Of a stretch of 64,000 nt of DNA, positions 27,861 through 35,502 are shown piece after piece. Source of the DNA: Candidatus Sumerlaeia bacterium (lineage in GTDB: Bacteria; Sumerlaeota; Sumerlaeia; SLMS01; JAHLLQ01); assembly GCA_028284075.1 (NCBI GenBank), contig JANQSL010000070.1, positions 41,480-105,479 on the forward strand. The letters run 5' to 3'. Below the pieces are notes generated by a model. The model saw only the letters and a program-made list of their open reading frames with translations, did no database searches and was not told the DNA's origin. The first letter of the stretch is position 1. Each line of letters starts with the position of its first letter. A program made the position numbers and the translations under genes.

Positions 27861-29387
27861 TTACTCCATTTCAGGGAAAGTTTCAGGCGCAACGGCTTCG
27901 GTTCCGGAAAGCGGCTCACGGGTCGGTGACATTTTCCACAACGCAGCATAGGAGACTCCGGAAACCAAAAGTCCAACAAACCATGCGTGTGTATAAAGGT
28001 GAACAAAAAAATCGGGGACGCTGATTTTTTCGGGGCCGATAGCGGCGCTTAGAAAGCCTGGCACGTTCGGCATAATACCGATGACGAGGGCGGTCAGGGC
28101 CCGCCAGTTGAATCCTCGTCCATAGGCATAAACACCGTCGCGCTTATAGAGGTCTTTCGCAACGAGACGAGCACGACGTATCAGGAAATAGTCGATCAGC
28201 ATGACTCCGGCAATAGCGCCGAGAAGGCCGCTGTAACCGATAAGCCACGTAAAAATATAGCCGCCGAGGTCCGTGATGAGTCGCCAGGGCATGATAACGA
28301 TGCCTATGGTGCCAGCGATGAGGCCGCCCGTGCGGAAGCTGATTAACGATGGGCGCAGATTGGAAAAGTCGTTTGCGGGCGAAACGATGTTGGCGGCGAT
28401 GTTTGTTGAGAGCGTTGCCAATGAGAGGGCGAGAAGAGAAACGATCACCACAACGGGATGCTCGAATCGGGCAAGGAGAGCGACCGGATCCCAAATCGCT
28501 TCACCGAACATGACGACAGTCGCGCAGGTTACGGCGATTCCAATGAAACTGAAGAGGGCCATGGTCGGTGGCAAACCGATCAGTTGGCCAAGCATTTGAT
28601 CCCGCTGGCTGCGTGCATACCGCGTGAAGTCGGGAATGTTCAGCGACAACGTCGCCCAGAACCCGACCATGGCCGTCAGGTTGGGCCAAAATGCGGTGAG
28701 GAAGGAAAATTCCCCGGTCTGACTGCCGCGAACTTTTGCAATGACGTCCGCACTGAAGATTGCGCTGAACCCTCCTGCTCGACTGGCGCTCCAGAAGAGC
28801 AGAACAAGGCCGGCAATCAGAAGAAAGGGTGCTGCCAGGTTCTCGAGCCATTTGATGGAGTTGATACCGGCCACAATAATTGCCATGTTGATGGCCCAGA
28901 AAAACAGAAAGCAGACCAGTTGCCCTGCAGTGAGTCCCAGGAAGGCGCCATCTCCCACGGAAGCGGGTTCGAATCCGAACATGACCGCGCACAGCCCGTA
29001 GATGGCTGCACCGCCTATCCACGTTTGGATTCCGAACCAGCCACAAGCCACCAGGGCTCGCATCATTGCGGGGATGTTGGCGCCAAAGACTCCGAAGCTT
29101 GAGCGAAGCAAAACGGGGAATGGGATACCGTACTTCGTTCCAGCGTGGGCGTTGAGTACCATCGGAATGAGAACGACCAGGTTTCCCACGGCAATCGTGA
29201 AGAGTGCCTGCCCGATCGTCATGCCCTGAGAGACAAGACCTGCCGCCAGCATATAGGTGGGAATACACACCGCCATCCCAACCCACAATGCGGCGATGTT
29301 CCACATGCTCCACGTCCGTTTTTCCGGTGGAACAGGAGCGAGGTCTTCATTGTAGAGACCTGCATCATGATGTGGATCTTGCGTCAA
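27861..29387 (-). CDS. NCS1 family nucleobase:cation symporter (uracil/thymine-type permease)
   Basis: Typical NCS1 N-terminus NEDLAPVPPEKRTWSMWN with 12 predicted helices. TTG start. Confidence 0.8.
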   Translation of the reverse strand: MTQDPHHDAGLYNEDLAPVPPEKRTWSMWNIAALWVGMAVCIPTYMLAAGLVSQGMTIGQALFTIAVGNLVVLIPMVLNAHAGTKYGIPFPVLLRSSFGVFGANIPAMMRALVACGWFGIQTWIGGAAIYGLCAVMFGFEPASVGDGAFLGLTAGQLVCFLFFWAINMAIIVAGINSIKWLENLAAPFLLIAGLVLLFWSASRAGGFSAIFSADVIAKVRGSQTGEFSFLTAFWPNLTAMVGFWATLSLNIPDFTRYARSQRDQMLGQLIGLPPTMALFSFIGIAVTCATVVMFGEAIWDPVALLARFEHPVVVIVSLLALSLATLSTNIAANIVSPANDFSNLRPSLISFRTGGLIAGTIGIVIMPWRLITDLGGYIFTWLIGYSGLLGAIAGVMLIDYFLIRRARLVAKDLYKRDGVYAYGRGFNWRALTALVIGIMPNVPGFLSAAIGPEKISVPDFFVHLYTHAWFVGLLVSGVSYAALWKMSPTREPLSGTEAVAPETFPEME

Positions 29388-29421
29388 GAGGTCATCCTTT
29401 TGGGAAGGTTGGTGTGACGGT

Positions 29422-30288
29422 TCAAGGCGCGGTAATAACGTCGTAGGTTTCCGGACGACGGTCTCGATAGAATTGCCAGACGTTGCGGACCTCGCGGATC
29501 ATGTCAAAGTCCATATCCGCGACAACAATATCGTCCTTTGTACGGGAGCCCTCTTCGATGATTTGTCCTCGGGGATTCGCGAAATAGGATGTGCCGTAAA
29601 ACTCTCCGATGTTCCACGGAGCTTCCGTACCGGGTCGATTGATGGCACCGACGAAGTAGATGTTGTTTGCGGCGGCGGCAGGTTGCTCGAGTTTCCAGAG
29701 GTATTCGCTTAAACCGGCAACAGTGGCGGAGGGGTTGAACACGATCTCGGCACCGTTTAGACCGAATGCCCGCCATCCTTCCGGGAAATGGCGATCGTAG
29801 CAGATATAAACACCCACTTTGCCAATCATGGTCTCGAAGACGGGATAACCCAGGTTTCCAGGCTTGAAGTAGAACTTTTCCCAGAAACCAGGCTCACAAT
29901 GGGGAATGTGGATCTTGCGCATTTTCCCCAGATAAGAGCCGTCGGCATCAATTACGATGGATGTGTTATAATAAACGCCTGTGATGTCTTCTTCATAGAG
30001 AGAAGCGACCACCACCATCCGATGCTTTTTGGCAAGGTCCTGCATCAGCTTTGTTGTGGGGCCGTCCGGGATGCGCTCCACCATTTCGTACCACTTGGTG
30101 TTGTGCTCAGCGCAGAAGTAAGGACCGGCAAAGATCTCCTGAGTGCAGACAATCTGTGCACCCTTGCCGGCTGCTTCCTCGATTTGGGCCACCACCCTGT
30201 CCGTCATGGCTTTCTTCACCACGGGAACTTCGCTGGAATCAGAGCACAGCTTCGTTTGTATCAGTGCTCCGCGGACGATTCGGCTCAT
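29422..30288 (-). CDS. nitrilase-superfamily C-N hydrolase, probable beta-ureidopropionase (beta-alanine synthase)
   Basis: Carbon-nitrogen hydrolase catalytic triad context (CTQEIF, KIHIP, ICYDRHFPE). First gene of the operon that contains preTA and dihydropyrimidinase. Confidence 0.7.
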   Translation of the reverse strand: MSRIVRGALIQTKLCSDSSEVPVVKKAMTDRVVAQIEEAAGKGAQIVCTQEIFAGPYFCAEHNTKWYEMVERIPDGPTTKLMQDLAKKHRMVVVASLYEEDITGVYYNTSIVIDADGSYLGKMRKIHIPHCEPGFWEKFYFKPGNLGYPVFETMIGKVGVYICYDRHFPEGWRAFGLNGAEIVFNPSATVAGLSEYLWKLEQPAAAANNIYFVGAINRPGTEAPWNIGEFYGTSYFANPRGQIIEEGSRTKDDIVVADMDFDMIREVRNVWQFYRDRRPETYDVITAP

Positions 30289-30509
30289 GTGTGCATTCTC
30301 CTGTCGTATGGAAACTCCAGCCAGATTTTGTAGAGCACATGGCTACTCCCATCCGGTCAATTCTTTTCCGGGAGAAGCGCTCTGCTCGGGCGAAGTTATG
30401 GAGAAGCCACCCGTGGGGGGAAACCCTGACATGCAGTGGCGGCCATCGGACGAAGAAATGTGAACCGGGGTTGTGATCGCCGGCAGCGAGACCTGATGTT
30501 ATTGTCGGA

Positions 30510-31169
30510 TCATTGTTTGGCCGAAGGCTTCGGCAATGGTTGAATGGCTATATCTTTTTGGGCAGAGAGCGGGGAGTCAGAGCTTTCAACGGTAGCCTCG
30601 AGAATCGCTTCGCACTCAAGCAGCCTTTTTTGAAAGTCCTTCAGGTGGGGATTGGAAGCACGGGTTCTCGCGATGTCGATCGGGGTGACTCCACTGCGTG
30701 TTCTCCGATGGGGATTGCAGCCGAGTTCGAGAAGTGCGCGAACGGTTTCCACGGAACCGAAAATGACAGCATAGTGCAATGCAGTCAGGCCAGTGTCAGG
30801 CTCGGTGTAGTCGATATCCGCTCCCAACGATACTGCGAGCAAAACGACGTCTCTATGGTTGGCTGCGGATGCGTTTTTGAGAACCAGCCATTTTTCGTAG
30901 GCCCCGACCTCATGGTGGAACAGGAGTCTTTTGATCGCGTCGACATCTCCTCCCGATGCTGCTGCCTCGATTTGTTCCTGTACAGAAGCCACGGACTCCT
31001 CTGGTATCGCTTTCAGCTGGAGCCAGGCGTCCACTGTCGTCCAGACCGCCAGGATCACCATCAGGAGGCATCCGAAGGTTGTGATGAATCTGTTTGTCCT
31101 CCTTCGGGCCATGATCTGATCCTTGCGTTGTTTCCCTTCGGTTCGCCGTTGACCTGAAACATCGGTCAT
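30510..31169 (-). CDS. ankyrin-repeat protein with N-terminal TM anchor
   Basis: ANK consensus TALHYAVIFGSVETVRALLELGCNP plus an N-terminal hydrophobic helix. Confidence 0.65.
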   Translation of the reverse strand: MTDVSGQRRTEGKQRKDQIMARRRTNRFITTFGCLLMVILAVWTTVDAWLQLKAIPEESVASVQEQIEAAASGGDVDAIKRLLFHHEVGAYEKWLVLKNASAANHRDVVLLAVSLGADIDYTEPDTGLTALHYAVIFGSVETVRALLELGCNPHRRTRSGVTPIDIARTRASNPHLKDFQKRLLECEAILEATVESSDSPLSAQKDIAIQPLPKPSAKQ

Positions 31170-31519
31170 TGAGCGGGTTCCGGATGATTGAGCGCTTCTC
31201 TTATGTTGCCGGCACCGCGAAACTTGCCGATCATGATACCGTATTGCCAGATGGTCTGCATGAGCGTTTCGGATTCATCGTGGCCGATGGTTTCTCCAAG
31301 TCGATTTGCCGCCGACCTGATGTCTGTCTCGTCTTGTGTAGTGGCTGCGGTGCAAATTGCCACAAAGAATGCATCGCGATCCCATCCATGAGGGCGTTGC
31401 CAAACAGGTGTTTCAGCCACCGGGCGGGTGACAGCAGCTCCTGCAACGACTCCACCGATTGCGAGCAATGCACCAAAAGCAATGGCGGCCAGGAATCGGA
31501 GTCCACTGTTCGTGTTCAT
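31166..31519 (-). CDS. small hypothetical exported/membrane protein (117 aa)
   Basis: Signal/TM segment at the N-terminus. 4-nt overlap with the ankyrin gene start. Confidence 0.4.
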   Translation of the reverse strand: MNTNSGLRFLAAIAFGALLAIGGVVAGAAVTRPVAETPVWQRPHGWDRDAFFVAICTAATTQDETDIRSAANRLGETIGHDESETLMQTIWQYGIMIGKFRGAGNIREALNHPEPAQ

Positions 31520-31690
31520 TACGATCTACTCCAGACGGTTTTGTGAACTGACTTTCAAAACAAACCGCTCCGGCGAAACGGCACAGTCGACGGGCGGGAA
31601 GATCTTTCAAGGTTCTTGACTTGTTCGTGTCCGTTGCAGTGGTGTTTGAAACTGCGTTTGTCGTGCTTCAGGCGAGGCTTTCCGAGCCCG

Positions 31691-34072
31691 TTATCCGGGT
31701 GGATCTGCTGTTGGTTGGCCAGTTGGCTGCAGAATGATGACTCTGCCCTGGTCTACTCTCAGTTGATTGTCCTCGCCCGGTGGCTTCGTTGTCGCGATGT
31801 TTCCCCTGTTCGCGCTTGCCTCGACATCCCCTGAAACATGATTGAGCATGATGTTTCCATGGGATGCCGAAACGGAGGCGTCTCCTTCCACATGATTGAG
31901 GGTAATGTTTCCGCGGGACGCCGAGGCTTCGATGTCACCCCTCACGTTCTCTAGCGTGGCGTTTCCGCGGCTGACGGAAACCTGGATGTCGCCTTTTCCA
32001 TGTTTTAAAGTGATATTGCCCTGATCGGCCCTTGCCGACATTTCACCGGAAATGTCGCCCAGGCGGATGTTTCCACTTCCAGTCAGAAAACTGGCGCTTC
32101 CGCTGATTTCATCGACACTGATATCACCTCGGCCCGCCTTCAAGTCTGCGGAATCGTCGCCCCTGGAAAGTGTGATGTTTCCTTGCGAAGCTTTGACTGC
32201 AACGGGGCCGCGAATCTCTCCCAGACTCACATCGCCCCTTCCGGCGCAAATATCCGCCGCTCCCGAAAGATCCTCCAGGGAAATGTCTCCCTGATCGGCC
32301 CCTGCCGAAAGATCACCGGAAATGTTGCCCAGGCGGATGTTTCCTTTTCCAGTCCAGAAGCTTGCGTCTCCACTCATTTCGTTGACACTGATATCACCTT
32401 GGCCTGCCTTCAAGTCTGCGGAATCATGACCTTTGGAAAGTGTGATGTTTCCTCGCGAAGTTTTGACCTCGGCGGGGCCATGAATCTCTCCCAGACTCAC
32501 GTTGCCCCTTCCGGTGTAAACACCGGCTTGTCCCGTGAGATGTTCCAGAGAAATGTTTCCAAGTCCGGTGGACAGATTCACATCGAACTTCATCGGAATG
32601 CTGATGCGAAGCTTGTGGTTCGGATTCTGAAAGCCCCCAAAAAGGCCCAGGTTTAACCCGTCGTGATCGAAACGAAAGCGTTGGAATGCTGATTCATGCT
32701 CCTTTTCAGCTTTCGTTGATTCATCGAAGACCACATCCAGATGCGTTTCGACCCGAATTTGAGATTCGGATCCCCTGACAATCTCGAGGTTACCCCTGCT
32801 GATCCTGACGTTCAGTGATCCTCCCGGTCCCACGTCGAACGAGCGATAGGGACGTTCTTCAAGATCCTGTGATTCGCCGTTGGCCGACATCCTCAGGTCT
32901 TCTGCCATTGAGCCTTCAGGAGTCGATGGGTTATCCTGCGCTGAATCGTTCGCAAGATCGTCCGGCGGAGAAGTGGATGCTCCTCCCGGCAGAAGAACAA
33001 GGGCTGCGGCGAACACGGCCGCTCCGGCTCCAAAGGAGAGTTTCGTGGCCCGATGGAGCCGTGCATCGCGAATGCGGCAAAGACGACGGGCAAGGGGATG
33101 GGCCTGTTCCGCGAGGCCAGGTGTGGCAGCGAAGGGTATTCTCTTTTGACGTACATGTGCCACACGAGCTGCGTCGAGAAGGGTGGAACAATAGAGGTCA
33201 CGTGTCGTCAGTCGTTGGGCGAGCAGCATGTCATCACAGCACTCCTCGCGTACGCGGCGTAGTGAAGCCGCGGTCGCCCAGAAGAGCGGATGGAACCACC
33301 AAACCGCGCCAAGCAGGAGTTGGATCCAGGCCCAGGCAACATCCCGTCGGCTGTGATGCGCAAGTTCATGTGCCAGCACAGTGCGCAATGCAGGGAGATC
33401 AAGGGACACAGCCAGGTTTCGAGGCAGAAGAATTCGTGGACGCCAGCAGCCGAAAGCGATGGGGGAAGCCGCATTGTCGGAAACCAGCAGGCGCGGCAGC
33501 CTTGTCATTCCAAGTTGGCGGGCAGTCTCACTGTAGAGTGACAAAAGATTGCCATCCGTTGCCGGTGAAGCACCTGCAATTAAGCGTTTCAAGCGGAGCC
33601 AGTTGAGAGCGATTCGACTCAAAGCGAATAATACGCCCGCCAGATAGAAAAGAAAGAACCAGGATTTCCATGCAGCGTCTGTATGACCGAGGGTCGGCTG
33701 ATCGACACGATGAGATTCAATGACCGGGTTTGCCGAGAGCGAACCCGATGCGTCCGTTCGTGCAATGGCGGTTTCCGTGGCCTCCAATGGAGTAACGGTG
33801 GGGCTCGTGGTCGCTGCCTTGCTCCCCGGGATGGATAGCGTTGCAGGTTGAGCCCATGTGAAGCGGTTAAAGACTCCCGTTGGCAGTACGCCCAGTGGTG
33901 GCATCGCGAACTTCATCAGTACCAGGACGAGCAGCCAGTAGCGCAGTGGCGATGAGAGTCGCGGGAGTGCCTTCACGATGAACAGCAGGGCCATTGCGAC
34001 GATCGTGGCCTGCAAGAAGACGGGCACAATGATGGTCCACCAGGCGTTGGCGATGTGAGTGAGTGTTTCCAT
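31691..34072 (-). CDS. BlaR1-like M56 metallopeptidase signal transducer with C-terminal beta-helix-like repeat domain
   Basis: N-terminal TM helices, HEXXH motif AHELAHHSRRD and a downstream Glu region. C-terminal ~20 copies of ~22-aa GNIxL/GDIS repeats. Start at the ATG (MET...) 14 nt after the blaI stop. Confidence 0.8.
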   Translation of the reverse strand: METLTHIANAWWTIIVPVFLQATIVAMALLFIVKALPRLSSPLRYWLLVLVLMKFAMPPLGVLPTGVFNRFTWAQPATLSIPGSKAATTSPTVTPLEATETAIARTDASGSLSANPVIESHRVDQPTLGHTDAAWKSWFFLFYLAGVLFALSRIALNWLRLKRLIAGASPATDGNLLSLYSETARQLGMTRLPRLLVSDNAASPIAFGCWRPRILLPRNLAVSLDLPALRTVLAHELAHHSRRDVAWAWIQLLLGAVWWFHPLFWATAASLRRVREECCDDMLLAQRLTTRDLYCSTLLDAARVAHVRQKRIPFAATPGLAEQAHPLARRLCRIRDARLHRATKLSFGAGAAVFAAALVLLPGGASTSPPDDLANDSAQDNPSTPEGSMAEDLRMSANGESQDLEERPYRSFDVGPGGSLNVRISRGNLEIVRGSESQIRVETHLDVVFDESTKAEKEHESAFQRFRFDHDGLNLGLFGGFQNPNHKLRISIPMKFDVNLSTGLGNISLEHLTGQAGVYTGRGNVSLGEIHGPAEVKTSRGNITLSKGHDSADLKAGQGDISVNEMSGDASFWTGKGNIRLGNISGDLSAGADQGDISLEDLSGAADICAGRGDVSLGEIRGPVAVKASQGNITLSRGDDSADLKAGRGDISVDEISGSASFLTGSGNIRLGDISGEMSARADQGNITLKHGKGDIQVSVSRGNATLENVRGDIEASASRGNITLNHVEGDASVSASHGNIMLNHVSGDVEASANRGNIATTKPPGEDNQLRVDQGRVIILQPTGQPTADPPG
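32021..32560. repeat. 2 x 270-bp near-identical direct tandem duplication inside the BlaR1-like gene
   Basis: Direct comparison of 32021-32290 vs 32291-32560 shows ~90% identity, in frame (90 aa per unit). Confidence 0.7.
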
Positions 34073-34085
34073 CGGTGTTCTCCTC

Positions 34086-34520
34086 TTAGTCGCGGTTCTT
34101 GCTTTCCCGCTCACGTCTTTTGAGCTCTTCAAGAAGATGCTCCAACTGGTCGATTTCCTCGGAACTGGGTGCCCGCGTTGCGAAGAGAGAGGAGACCATC
34201 GCGATGCTGTCCCCGCCGAAGATTCGCTCCAGCAGATCACCAACCAGGCGTCGGTGGGTTGGTCCGGGCTTGCGTGTTGCCTGAAAAACCAGCGCCTTTC
34301 CCTGACCCGATTTGCGTCGCTTGACGAATTTCTTTCGGCGGAGACGTTCCAGGAGTGTGAGCACGGTTGTGGGTGCCATCGGTCTGCGGTCGGCGAGTCC
34401 CTCGACAATCTGTCGGGCGGTGCATTCTCCGTGCTGCCACAGATAGGTGAGCACATCCAGTTCCGCGTCGGGAAGGTTTTCCCGTATCTGGTTGCGATTG
34501 GGTTTGGGGGAATTCGGCAT
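34086..34520 (-). CDS. BlaI/MecI/CopY-family transcriptional repressor
   Basis: Winged-helix N-domain LDVLTYLWQHGECTARQIVEGL...MAPTTVLTLLERL, typical of Penicillinase_R. Confidence 0.8.
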   Translation of the reverse strand: MPNSPKPNRNQIRENLPDAELDVLTYLWQHGECTARQIVEGLADRRPMAPTTVLTLLERLRRKKFVKRRKSGQGKALVFQATRKPGPTHRRLVGDLLERIFGGDSIAMVSSLFATRAPSSEEIDQLEHLLEELKRRERESKNRD

Positions 34521-34580
34521 GGAAGCGATTTACTCCGATTGGCGAGACACTATTTTTACGCTTGTCGAAGAGCAAGCCTA

Positions 34581-34598
34581 TTTTTACCTGTGTAAAAA
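34581..34598. promoter_or_regulatory. candidate BlaI operator palindrome TTTTTAC-ctgt-GTAAAAA
   Basis: Perfect 7-bp inverted repeat ~60 nt upstream of the blaI-family gene. An extra TTTTTAC half-site sits at 34554-34560. Resembles the TACA/TGTA-type operators of this family. Confidence 0.35.
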
Positions 34599-34746
34599 TA
34601 TCGTGGCTTTCAGGCATGGCTACATGAGCGTTCCCAATTGGGTGCTCCTGTGAAAAGGGAGTGCTCTTGCGTTGTTCACCCGTTGGTTTTCAAGGACTTG
34701 CCGTTAAGCTGTTTAGCCCTCTCTCCTCCTGACCTTCAGAAGGCGC

Positions 34747-35379
34747 CTAGCCTCCCATGAGATCCTTAAGCACCTTCTCGAGCTGCTTGACATCGAATTG
34801 TCCGTTCATCGCGCCGCCGAGGAGTTGCCCGATCTGGTGGCCGTTGGCTTCCGGGTCAATGTCGGCGACGATGTTCATAAGGACCATCTCGCCCTGCTCC
34901 ATGACGGAGATGAATCCGCCGCGAATGTATTTGTCGTCTGATCGTATCAGAACATTCACGTTCTCATCGTCTTCGGCGACGCGCACGACGGAAACCCATC
35001 CGTCGTCACGGAGATCCTCGACGATTTTCTTTCCGTTTTCGATGATGGCACTGTCGATCTCCGGCGACTCGAAGACTCGAACCTGAACCAGATGCAGGTC
35101 GATACCATCAAGAAGCTGTTTGAGTTGTGCGGCTTCCGGACTTTCTCCCGAGGCGCTGTCGGCGGCACCGAGGGCCGTTGCGATGGCAAGGCGGATGAGA
35201 GGTTCCGTGACGTTAACTTCAACTTCTGGTACAAGGTTCTCCGTGGCGAGAGATTCTGGTGTGAGAGACACAAATCCAGGGTGGGAATCCACCGGTTCCG
35301 TGGACTCCGCGAATGCGACCGCGGTACAGAGGCACAAAGTGACTGCAAAAACCGCAAATGTGGATTTGAAGAGCTTCAT
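34747..35379 (-). CDS. secreted hypothetical protein (~210 aa), possibly DUF4252-like
   Basis: Signal peptide MKLFKSTFAVFAVTLCLCTAVAFA. C-terminal segment resembles the C-terminal domain of the upstream BlaR1-like protein (DPEA...IGxLLG block). Confidence 0.5.
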   Translation of the reverse strand: MKLFKSTFAVFAVTLCLCTAVAFAESTEPVDSHPGFVSLTPESLATENLVPEVEVNVTEPLIRLAIATALGAADSASGESPEAAQLKQLLDGIDLHLVQVRVFESPEIDSAIIENGKKIVEDLRDDGWVSVVRVAEDDENVNVLIRSDDKYIRGGFISVMEQGEMVLMNIVADIDPEANGHQIGQLLGGAMNGQFDVKQLEKVLKDLMGG

Positions 35380-35502
35380 GAACAGCAACCTTTCCGAGTT
35401 CTGAGATGTGTGCGTTTCGAATTCCTTTGTGTCGCAAGGGAACTTCAAATGACTTTGGATGTCGGTGAATCGTCCTTTCCACATGATCCGCATGTGAGAG
35501 AA

